Below, piece after piece: positions 56,601-64,000 of a DNA stretch of 64,000 bases (the stretch's first letter is position 1; each line of letters opens with the position of its first letter). A model generated the notes under the pieces. It worked only from the letters and a program-made list of their open reading frames with translations. It ran no database searches and had not been told where the DNA came from. The DNA is from Nannocystales bacterium (GTDB taxonomy: Bacteria > Myxococcota_A > Polyangia > Nannocystales > Nannocystaceae): the NCBI GenBank assembly GCA_050633305.1, contig JBOEGF010000004.1:416878-480877 (forward strand). Direction: 5' to 3'. Position numbers and translations under genes: made by a program.

Positions 56601-57687
56601 CCTCCAACTCGACGGGCACTGGGGCGCCGACCTATCGCAGTTCGATACACAGTTCTGCGACGGCGAGGCTTGTTACGAACGCAGCGCCCGTGCGTCGTTC
56701 ATTCACCCCCGGATCTTCGGCAGCCCTCTCACCTTCGACATCAGCAGCCAGATCCAACGCCGGGTCACCCCCGCAAGGGGCCAGATCGATAGCTTGCTCG
56801 GCACCGTGCGCTTCACCTGGCCGGTCAACGACCATCTTCGCAGCTACGTCGGCTACGTGATTCAGGCGGCGAACATCTCGAAAGACGTCGCCAAGCCCAC
56901 GCCTTCGAGCGAGCTGGGCTGTTCGTCGTCCGAAGAGGGGTTCTGTCGTCCTCCCAACCGGTCCGAGGCGATCGTCCCCGACCTCACCGGAGGTGTCGAG
57001 ATCGGCGCGCAGTACCAGGACGTCGACAACGCGTTTAACCCCGACGACGGTTTCATCGCGACGGCAGACCTGCTGTACGCCTCCCCTGCCCTGGGCGGAC
57101 GCGATCAGTGGGTGCGCTCGGAGCTGTCGTGGCAACACTTCGTTCCGATTCCTGGGACGCGGAAGCGCGTGAACTTCCGCTACATGCTTCGGTATGGGCA
57201 CGCGTTCCCCATCCGTGGATTGGGCGTCAACACCACCAGCATTCCCGAGGTCTGGCGCTTCTTTGGCGGCGGCACGGCTGACCTCGGTATCCGCGGCATC
57301 GAGCCGCAGACGATGCTCGTCGACATCGAAGAAATCGAAGGCCCGTATGGCACGCTGACGCTGCGGCCGACCGCGCAGGGGGGACACATCCGCGCGCTCG
57401 GGACCGCCGCCGTTCAAGTCGTCAGCGTTCGGAAGTTTCTGGGGGGCAAGCTCGCCCACTCGCTGTTCATCGATGCTGGTGTCCTCACCCAGCGGTGGAA
57501 CCACGTGATCCCCAGTCGAGACGTGCGACGCAGCGTGGGCGTGAACTTCGTCAAATGGGACATCCGCATTGTGACGGTCGCGTTGGGGTACGCCGTCCTC
57601 GTGCCCAACGCGGTCTTCGCAGGCAACGTCCGCCCCACCGACGATCAAAACGGCCGCTTCGTGTTCGACGTCGGCGCCACCTTCTGA
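53644..57687 (+). CDS. tamA: TamA/BamA (Omp85) family protein with POTRA domains and beta-barrel
   Basis: TGATG overlap; POTRA motifs YYQRRGY, ITFQITEGPR, IRGNFKT; barrel DNAFNP..G, RFFGGG..IRG, ends FVFDVGATF. Confidence 0.85.
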   Translation: MRLPLVQPGCPVLASIRELLRTCPTGPLGWLLAVCLLSGPAAAQPTTEGPAPSRESGVPPEAPGDADAGAPASPPADPDRPATDDPPGPPADGSTDPGSTPAEEAEGRSITAPDPDADSGAEQTSPAAPNPAEPDAAADGPAEVDLADPMGPVEAALDGLAAQGLAITGRRRTVSALQGEVLTATISGPESELMLYVFSQVADDGYQFLLAPVGPQSYELVVLRARAGQGRGVDFVNVDDVQIDGTFRGDEDSEELRKFTALPPGGVVPVEVTDELSTIGYEASISAMSAGGLRILVRPGRALRRVRVRGHVPLSERNVRRVLSPAARPGSLARGECVDPRTLRKARPESVCQSDDLACRQWERDEVDRLHRFLFDNGYLEGRASLGLSCGRDGEADLHVYVDKGRAFRVRKPKIEGNIQTRDQAWIRRMFRSTVSPFIPIGKRITRKDIEEATERVASEYSLPRNRARSTARRQLQLPYPGVRVETNFERLSREDLPERGRTLPLEVDVQLGNGVRVGFIGNEHVAESRLLDQMQMFKRREPASSAAAAREAENIRRYYQRRGYMFADVEAVFGDSGTLKTITFQITEGPRTSIREVGFELPQTVPRPVRRAIDRAYRQDRELGDGDRFSDAAARSDLATVLEALADRGYLCARAQFRITPLPDGFEREGYNATIDPLTELENAGHPTWIVRQLDASGLEALKAERRVGVYVRLEVDPGPRVLTSGREEVHNLELPIPPSREVDSIPEASEGAWGPARLLRDGPLRRRGDERSGGIPMRLDFERDVERDITSRLRGSGYPLADAEVRWSYTDPAGVPHSVTQADRLTSNSVGMCSQHADDPLVTIDTDLYVHEGRKATFGTTLIRGNFKTRRYLLRREINTTRKRPGGDGKWKEGDTYDARRVDNVRKHIEGTGTVSTAQIREQPTDCKFTDDPERPCVVHHVVTVQEAKDRLMDISWGFGGATLDPTYVFLAPGFPNIFGTGWDLQLDGHWGADLSQFDTQFCDGEACYERSARASFIHPRIFGSPLTFDISSQIQRRVTPARGQIDSLLGTVRFTWPVNDHLRSYVGYVIQAANISKDVAKPTPSSELGCSSSEEGFCRPPNRSEAIVPDLTGGVEIGAQYQDVDNAFNPDDGFIATADLLYASPALGGRDQWVRSELSWQHFVPIPGTRKRVNFRYMLRYGHAFPIRGLGVNTTSIPEVWRFFGGGTADLGIRGIEPQTMLVDIEEIEGPYGTLTLRPTAQGGHIRALGTAAVQVVSVRKFLGGKLAHSLFIDAGVLTQRWNHVIPSRDVRRSVGVNFVKWDIRIVTVALGYAVLVPNAVFAGNVRPTDDQNGRFVFDVGATF

Positions 57688-57699
57688 CGCCACCGACTC

Positions 57700-58360
57700 A
57701 CACGGCCCCAGCCCGTGCCCCCCCTGCTGTCTGCGGTGGTCGCTGGGCGTCGCCTGGGTCCATCGTTTGAACGCACGCGTGAACGCGCTGTGGTCGGAAA
57801 ACCCGAGCATGAACCCAACCTCCGCCACCGAAAGCCCGCGATCGTCCAGCAGACGTCGAGCCGCCTGCGCCCGCGCGTTTGCACTCAAGTCCCCACGAAC
57901 GTGGTGCCCGCCGCCTCGAGCCGCCGCTGGAGCGTTCGTGTGGACTCCCCATCACGCGCGCAACTTCAGCCAGCGATGCGCCGACGCCAAGCCCGTCGAC
58001 CGCCTCAGAGGCCTGAACCACGACATCTCCAGGTCGGCGGCCGACGGCCGACAGCAGCTTTGCGGCGTGCCCCTCCAAGAGCGCGGACAGGCTCGGGTCG
58101 GCCCCCTGCGAGGAATGGGCCCACGTTTGGGCATCAAACACCATGGCCGACCGAGATGCGCCGTAGCGCGGCGTGCACCCGAACACTCGAACGGTTCCGC
58201 GAATTGTTCGGGACCCTCCATCTCCATGTCGACCCGAACAGGGCGAACCTCGAGCCCCGTCGCCTGCCGCCCCCTGAGCAGGCAGGTCGCGAACGTAAAC
58301 TCCACACAGCCGCGAGGGAGTCCATCGCGATCCGGACCGCGACGGTCGCTGTGACGGGTT
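57700..58360 (-). pseudogene. AraC-family regulator remnant, 5'-truncated and frameshifted several times
   Basis: Pieces in different frames: LPRGCVEFTFA..RQATG..PVRV / FGCTPRYGASRSAMVFD..ADPSLSALLE..LAEVARVMG / STRTLQRRLEAAGTTF / LSVAEVGFMLGFSDHSAFTRAFKRWT. Confidence 0.85.
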
Positions 58361-58361
58361 C

Positions 58362-58749
58362 ATGACCCAAGCGCTCCGCCACGGGACCCCTCCGGGATAC
58401 TTCTGTCCCGAAGGACCCGCGGACACGGTGACGGCGTGCCGCGCAGGTGTTCAAGACGAGCGCACGCCTCGACTTTCGAGAACACGCGCACAAGCGGACG
58501 TCCGAGGTCCTCTTCCTCGCAGGGCGCTGCGACACGGTTCTGGGACCCGAACACCAACGCGCGATGCTCCACCACCCCCCCAACGCGCGCCTCGAGGTGA
58601 TCGAGGACGCTGGGCACTTCATCTTCAACGACCAGCCCGACGCAGCACTGGCGGTCGTCCGCGCGTACCTCGGCCAGTTCGAGGGCGGGCGCGCGGTGGA
58701 CCCGGACTCCGTTGGACATGGCCACCCCGCGAGCCTGGCGTCGAGATGA
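58362..58749 (+). pseudogene. C-terminal remnant of an alpha/beta hydrolase
   Basis: VLFLAGRCDTV...LEVIEDAGHFIFNDQP (catalytic Asp/His region); no GxSxG and no N-terminal half. Confidence 0.75.
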
Positions 58750-58750
58750 T

Positions 58751-59245
58751 CTACGCCCGCGGAGGCGGTGGGGGTGGTGCGGTCATCGCCTTGCCCGCGG
58801 CCTTCTCCGCCGAGGTCGCGGCCCGCACGGCCAGCACCTTGGCGCTCATCCCGATCTCCTGATCCGCGAGCGGGTGCACCAGCTTCACCACCACCGCGTC
58901 GTCCCCTTGAACCTCGTGGACGACCAGCTTGACGGTCTGCCCGGGGCCAACGGTCGCCTCGAAGGCTTGGCCTGTTTCGAGGTCTCCGGCAGGCAGTTCT
59001 TTGCGCGCCAGCGTCTTGGTCGGAGCGTCGGCGATGGTGCCGAATGCTTCCTGAGGCGTGAATGTGAACGTCTCGTCCTGTCCCTCTTCCATCCCCATCA
59101 GACGCCCATCGAGTCCTTTGATCAGTCCGGCACTGCCGGCCATGAACGTGATGGGCCCAGAGATGTCCGAGGTTTCGATGATCTCCCCCGCGGCGGAGGT
59201 GATGTCGTAGGCGAGCGTGACGACGGTCCCTTCTGCGATCTTCAT
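58751..59245 (-). CDS. slyD: FKBP-type peptidyl-prolyl isomerase, SlyD-like
   Basis: MKIAEGTVVTLAY, GLIKGLD..LMG, PQEAFG, HPLA; no His-rich tail. Confidence 0.85.
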   Translation of the reverse strand: MKIAEGTVVTLAYDITSAAGEIIETSDISGPITFMAGSAGLIKGLDGRLMGMEEGQDETFTFTPQEAFGTIADAPTKTLARKELPAGDLETGQAFEATVGPGQTVKLVVHEVQGDDAVVVKLVHPLADQEIGMSAKVLAVRAATSAEKAAGKAMTAPPPPPPRA

Positions 59246-59311
59246 GCGTGCTTCCGTGCCGCATCGGCGGCGCACCCATCGTACGACGTGCCGCACCGCG
59301 CGTGGGCCTCA

Positions 59312-60943
59312 CTACTCGGTCACAACAACGGCGCTGCCCTTTTCCCCCCGGGCCAAAGGTGCGATGGCATGCCACCCCTGGGGTACGTGTGGCTCGGTGA
59401 ATCCGAACACCCACCTCGCATCGGCCGGCGAAAGGTTGACACAGCCGTGGCTGCGCACCTGACCGAAGCCGGCATGCCAGAACGCCCCGTGCAACGCGAT
59501 GCTCCCGGCGAAGTATTGCGTCCACGGCACGTCGTCGATCGAGTACGCCTCTTCCTCCTCGGGTTGGTCGCGCATCGGCGTCGCGATGTGCTTGATCTGA
59601 ACCCGGTGCACCCCGACCGGGGTCATTCCCGGCTCTTTTCCCGTGGACACCAGCGTGGCAAACACCGGGACATCCCCCTCATACGCAACGAGGGTTTGCT
59701 CTGACAGATCGATGTGCACCCAATGCTCTTCCGCCTTCACGCCGGGCGGTCGCTTGAGCTTGAAGGCCTTGCCGACCGCATAGGTCCGCATCAACCGCCC
59801 TTCCTCGTCCTCGTAGTACGCCTTGGGACCCATCTGAACGCTCCGTACAAACGGGTGCGTACCGAGTCGTTCGGGGAACTCATCGGTATCCAGAAGGACG
59901 TCGCTGAGCTCGCCTTCCCGTTTCTTGAACGCGATCTCCCGGCGGATGAAGTAGATCGGAAGATCCTCTGCGCCGCCAGGCAACAGCAGCCCTTGGAATT
60001 CGGGGGACTCCTTGGGCTTGAGTTGGTACTTGCGCGCATAGGATCCAAGCGTGGTCCGCAAGAACCGCCGCTCGCTCTTCATCTCCTCGCCCGCCTTGGT
60101 CACGTAGTACCCGGAGTTCATGTACTCCTTCACGACCGCGGGGACCTTCTCCGGGCGGACGCTGCGATCGGTCGGCATGGGCTGGCGTTTGTGCTTCGCG
60201 TACCATTCCGACCCGGCCGCGTCGGCGCCGTCCTGCTCGCCGAAGCTGGGCAGGCGATGAAAAAACGGCGTCATCTCGTCCTTCACCCGCCAGTACTCGT
60301 ACGGGAGCGGTTGATCGACCTTCGGCGAGGGCACCGAAATGATGCCGTCGTTGGGCGGAGAGTCATCGACCTTCAGTCCCGCTTTCCGGCACATCCAGCC
60401 CTTGGGATAGATCTTGTTCCATCCCTCCGAACACCCACCGCCGAAGGTCCGCTCCTCATCCACCCGAACCCGGGTCCCCGACCGTAGGATCCCGAGGATC
60501 GGCGACTCGAGGTCGGCGCGCTCACGGACGATCGCGGCGAGCGAGGTCACCAGACCGTGACGAGGGAAGTCCTTCTTCGCCTCGTCATCCATCTCCGGGA
60601 TGTCCTCGAACACCGACGGGTACTGGGTGTACGTGCCCTGCTCGTTGGGCACACGGTGCGGCGGCACGGGACCCGCGGGCAGCGCATCGTCCGGGGGTGA
60701 GTCGTCGTCGGACGCGGTCAACGCCGGATCCGCGGTGGCATCTTCCGGATCGCCGCCCGCATAGATCGACGCGGGTTCCTCCGCCCCCTCCGCATCCGCG
60801 ACCTTCCCCGCCGCCGCTCGTGGATCTGCGGGCGCCGGAGGGTCATCCCCGCGGGTGATGAGCTCGTAGCCCACAGCCACGACGCCACCACCGAGCAGGA
60901 ATGCGCCGACAAGCTCGAGGACTTTGGACGTCGCCGATGCCAT
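59312..60943 (-). CDS. L,D-transpeptidase (YkuD) with N-terminal membrane anchor and SH3-like domain
   Basis: IDLSEQTLVAYEG, VSTG, TPVG, ALHGAFWH, SHGCVNL. Confidence 0.92.
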   Translation of the reverse strand: MASATSKVLELVGAFLLGGGVVAVGYELITRGDDPPAPADPRAAAGKVADAEGAEEPASIYAGGDPEDATADPALTASDDDSPPDDALPAGPVPPHRVPNEQGTYTQYPSVFEDIPEMDDEAKKDFPRHGLVTSLAAIVRERADLESPILGILRSGTRVRVDEERTFGGGCSEGWNKIYPKGWMCRKAGLKVDDSPPNDGIISVPSPKVDQPLPYEYWRVKDEMTPFFHRLPSFGEQDGADAAGSEWYAKHKRQPMPTDRSVRPEKVPAVVKEYMNSGYYVTKAGEEMKSERRFLRTTLGSYARKYQLKPKESPEFQGLLLPGGAEDLPIYFIRREIAFKKREGELSDVLLDTDEFPERLGTHPFVRSVQMGPKAYYEDEEGRLMRTYAVGKAFKLKRPPGVKAEEHWVHIDLSEQTLVAYEGDVPVFATLVSTGKEPGMTPVGVHRVQIKHIATPMRDQPEEEEAYSIDDVPWTQYFAGSIALHGAFWHAGFGQVRSHGCVNLSPADARWVFGFTEPHVPQGWHAIAPLARGEKGSAVVVTE

Positions 60944-61051
60944 GACCGCGGACCGTAGGCCAGCGGGCTACACAGGGCAACCCGTGCGCTACGCTACTCG
61001 ACAGCGCCCGTTCGCTTGCCCTCGCAGCCATGTGTGGTTCATGCTCCGCAG

Positions 61052-61768
61052 GTGCGCGCATCCCCGATCTGCCGGGTCGCCCTGGGCGTCGCCCTTCTGA
61101 GCATCACAGGCTCCCGGCCGGCGCGCGCCGCAGCCCCAGGTGGCGACGCAGAGCCTCCAGCAGAGCCTCCAGCAGAGTCGGACGCGAAGTCGGAGACCGA
61201 AACTCCGACGAGCGCCGAAACTCCGCGTCCGCCGCGGCTGTCTGGCCCCTACCTGGGACTCAGCCTGATGGGAACCGTCACTGCCGCGCGCGTGAACAGC
61301 TTCGACACTGGAAGCCCCTTCGCCGGCGGCGGTGGATTCTTGCGGTTCGGGCAGTTCGTCCTCCCGTGGCTCGGCATCGGCCTCTCCGTCGGGGGGACCA
61401 CGGGCAACGCCTCCGAGGAGAACGCACGCCAGGGACTCGGACAAGGCGCGCTCCTCGTCGATTTCGAGTTCGTGCCCGCGCCCACCCGCATCCAGGGCCT
61501 CAGCCTGCGAACGAGTTTTGGCTTCGGCGGCGGTGCGGTCACCGAGGAAGGAATCGATGCCCGCAGCGGCTACGGCGGCGCGGTGTTTGGCGCGGGTGCC
61601 CGCTACACCTTCTTCCCCGGCGCGCAGAGATACCGTCCCACCAAGGCCGGCGGGTTCGGCATCGGTCCGGAGTTGGGCTGGCTTGGATTCACGCCCGCGG
61701 CGAAGGGTCGGCCGATGTCCAACAGCTTCTACGTCGGGGCGTCGCTGGCGTTCTACTTCGGCGACTGA
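61052..61768 (+). CDS. Small outer-membrane beta-barrel protein
   Basis: Signal peptide (ARA), about 8 Gly/aromatic amphipathic strands, ends YVGASLAFYFGD; start uncertain (61016-61052). Confidence 0.7.
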   Translation: MRASPICRVALGVALLSITGSRPARAAAPGGDAEPPAEPPAESDAKSETETPTSAETPRPPRLSGPYLGLSLMGTVTAARVNSFDTGSPFAGGGGFLRFGQFVLPWLGIGLSVGGTTGNASEENARQGLGQGALLVDFEFVPAPTRIQGLSLRTSFGFGGGAVTEEGIDARSGYGGAVFGAGARYTFFPGAQRYRPTKAGGFGIGPELGWLGFTPAAKGRPMSNSFYVGASLAFYFGD

Positions 61769-61848
61769 CTCCCCGCCCCGCTCGCAGCCACCCGCAGCGC
61801 GAGCGGCGGTGTGGCGCGGCGGACTCCACTTCAGGATTCGCCGCCAGT

Positions 61849-62703
61849 TCAGGCGACCGTGTTGCGCCGTTCAAACGCGATCGGCGTGTTCGGATCGACG
61901 GGCGGTTCTTGGCCCGTCCCGTGGAACCGGGCCATCGCTACGGTGACGTTGTCCGGTCCGCCCGCCGCACATGCAGCTTCGGTCAGCGCCCGGCAGCACC
62001 GAACGGGGTCTTCGTACTGCAGCATCAGATCGAGAACGCGGCGGTCGTCGAGTGGGCCCGTGAGTCCATCACTGCACAGCAGCAACACATCCCCGGGCTG
62101 AAGCTGTGCTCGAATGAGGTCGGGGCCGACCTTCGGTTGCACACCGATCGCCTCGAGCAACATGTTGCGCTGTTTGACGGTCCGCGCTTGGTCCGGCGTG
62201 ATCCGGCCGCTCGCGATCATCTGACCGACCACGTTCTGGTCCATCGTCAGCTGCTGCAACATGATGCCGCGCTTGAGGTACGCCCTCGAATCGCCGACCT
62301 GAATGACGACGAGATCGGGGCCGAACAGCCCGGCCGTCGTCATCGTCGTCCCCATCCCTCGTTTGTCGGGATGGGCCTTCGCGAACGCGGAGATCTCTTG
62401 GTTCGCCGTGCGGACCGCATCGACAAACGTCGCCTCGACCGACTCCACATCTTGGAGCGAAGCGCGTGCGCGGACGACTCGCTCGAGCGACTCGAGTGCC
62501 ATCTTCGATGCGAGGTCACCAGCGGCGGCCCCCCCCATCCCATCGCACACCGAAACGACGGTTCCCGGCGGGGCCATCATCCGCGGGCGCGCGCTCGGCA
62601 TGAACCCGCTGGTTCCCGTGGCCAGGTCGAGCACGAGGAACGCATCTTCGTTGCGCTCTCGAGCGCAGCCGACCTCCGTACGGGCAAAGACGTCAAAGTG
62701 CAT
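61849..62703 (-). CDS. PP2C-family (Stp1/PrpC-like) Ser/Thr phosphatase
   Basis: RERNEDA, VCDGMGG, GDSR, LLCSDGL, GGPDNVT. Confidence 0.95.
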   Translation of the reverse strand: MHFDVFARTEVGCARERNEDAFLVLDLATGTSGFMPSARPRMMAPPGTVVSVCDGMGGAAAGDLASKMALESLERVVRARASLQDVESVEATFVDAVRTANQEISAFAKAHPDKRGMGTTMTTAGLFGPDLVVIQVGDSRAYLKRGIMLQQLTMDQNVVGQMIASGRITPDQARTVKQRNMLLEAIGVQPKVGPDLIRAQLQPGDVLLLCSDGLTGPLDDRRVLDLMLQYEDPVRCCRALTEAACAAGGPDNVTVAMARFHGTGQEPPVDPNTPIAFERRNTVA

Positions 62704-64000
62704 CAGTCGTCGAGGCGCAATCGTAGGATCTGATCACCAACTCTGAAAGTGTCCCCGTTACGAACTTCGGCAGAACCGCGGATCCGGATGTAGGTTCCGT
62801 TCGCAGATCCGAGGTCCTCGAGGAACACCGACATCTGAGCACCATGCAGCTCAAGTCGGAGTTGTGCGTGTTCGCGACTCGCGAACGGGTCCCGCGGGAA
62901 CAAGATGTCACCTTGTTCACGGCCAAAGATGACTTTGGCACCGCGCAGGTAGAAGGTGTCGCCGGTGATGCCGCCGCGTCCGATCAACCCCAGTCGGCCC
63001 CAGGCGGGCTTGAGCGGGGTTCCGAACAGCCGAGTCCCATCGGGCGCAGGGTGCTGCTCGGCCACGGGCTCGGAGATGTTTTCGAGACGCAGCACCTGGT
63101 GCCCGACCATGAACAAGTCGCCAGGGTAAACAGACGCATTGCCGCGCGTTCGAAGGTAGATGCCGTTGGTCGATCCGAGATCGACCAACGTGAACAGCTC
63201 GCCGGACCGCTCGACCCTTGCATGCTGCGGCGACATAAAGGGGTCGTCTGCAAACGCGATCTCCCCATGCTGGCGGCCGATCGTGATCGTCGACCCTGTG
63301 AATGGGAAGGCCTGACCTTCCTCCCCGTCCCGCCCGACGAGCACCAAGCGCGGGCCGGTCAACGTGGTCGCGCGCGTCTGCAACTCGTCCATGTCGGGCG
63401 GCAACATGGCCGGCGACTGCGGGGCGCCGCCTTCACTGCGCGCAGTGCTTCCGGAGGCGGGGTGCTCGACGGGCGCCTCGAGTTCGACTGCGGGCGGTGC
63501 GTAGCCTCCCCCAACCGGAATACCGGAGTCGAGTCGAGCTCGCCCCGGGGCCGGGACGGTGAGCGCATCCTCGGAGGGCCCAGACTGCACCGGAGGCACC
63601 GGGCCACCGAGCTCAGGTGGACGTGCCAGCGGGGGTCCGTCCATGAACACCGTGCGTCCGGTCTTTGCCGGAGGTTGCGCCGGAGGTTGCGCCGATGCTC
63701 CGAGAGGGGCGGCGCCTGGAACGGCGGGTGCTGGGGGGTGTTGAGCGACGGGTGCCGGGGCGAACCCGGGCTGCGCATGAGCGCTCTCAGGGCTCCCCGG
63801 ACCAGACCAAGAGCCGCCGGGCGGCGTCCCGGGGACCCCTCCCGTGGCAGGGCCCGGCTGCGCGAGGGCGTCGAGCTGGCCCGTCGGTGGCGTCGGGGTC
63901 GTGGGCACCGGCATCCCCTCAGGGTCGATCCGGACGATCTGGGTGGCGGGGCGCGCAAATCGGTGGCGCTGATCGAGGCCGCACACCGGGCAAAAATCGA
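62703..64000 (-). CDS. Zinc-ribbon, Pro-rich linker and double-FHA protein, 5' end beyond the window
   Basis: Frame is open to the window end (DFCPVCG); two FHA domains IGR..SPQHA..GSTNG and FGR..SREHA..GSANG; 1-bp overlap with PP2C. Confidence 0.9.
   Translation of the reverse strand, partial: DFCPVCGLDQRHRFARPATQIVRIDPEGMPVPTTPTPPTGQLDALAQPGPATGGVPGTPPGGSWSGPGSPESAHAQPGFAPAPVAQHPPAPAVPGAAPLGASAQPPAQPPAKTGRTVFMDGPPLARPPELGGPVPPVQSGPSEDALTVPAPGRARLDSGIPVGGGYAPPAVELEAPVEHPASGSTARSEGGAPQSPAMLPPDMDELQTRATTLTGPRLVLVGRDGEEGQAFPFTGSTITIGRQHGEIAFADDPFMSPQHARVERSGELFTLVDLGSTNGIYLRTRGNASVYPGDLFMVGHQVLRLENISEPVAEQHPAPDGTRLFGTPLKPAWGRLGLIGRGGITGDTFYLRGAKVIFGREQGDILFPRDPFASREHAQLRLELHGAQMSVFLEDLGSANGTYIRIRGSAEVRNGDTFRVGDQILRLRLDD

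Noticed and set aside
56632..57700. Long C-terminal extension of the AraC HTH frame
   Set aside because: Antisense to tamA; reflects loss of the pseudogene stop codon rather than a fusion
57880..58200. Programmed frameshifting in the AraC gene
   Set aside because: Several shifts plus a missing N-terminus and start fit decay better; no clear slippery heptamer noticed

Overview
This is a high-GC, gene-dense chromosomal window from a myxobacterium; gene content and style suggest Nannocystaceae-like Myxococcota (inference). It holds about 40 CDS and two identical tandem initiator tRNA-Met genes, with no IS, prophage or CRISPR seen. Main blocks: (1) Ser/Thr kinase, TPR-like protein, FHA-GAF-sigma54 activator and three Cys-rich lipoproteins; (2) a 1318-aa DEAD-box helicase with a huge charge-blocked disordered tail; (3) an M14 peptidase, two membrane Ser/Thr kinases and hutH; (4) an M1-aminopeptidase-like/Omp85-barrel fusion divergent from a barrel-OmpA protein; (5) tgl/pilF, RodZ-like HTH, mgtE, recO and two beta-propeller lipoproteins; (6) GATase-like, DHH, YkgJ, Tex, tRNAs, MATE and LysR; (7) an ECF sigma / anti-sigma / exported caspase operon divergent from tamB-tamA, where TamB seems to carry an N-terminal sigma-like domain; (8) a deletion scar joining a frameshifted AraC remnant to a hydrolase remnant; (9) SlyD-like PPIase, L,D-transpeptidase, a small OMP, PP2C and a double-FHA protein. 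The best candidate for an undescribed system is 43.7-57.7 kb (ECF/anti-sigma/barrel-anchored caspase facing a sigma-like-TamB fusion plus TamA). All assignments come from reading motifs by eye; no searches were run.
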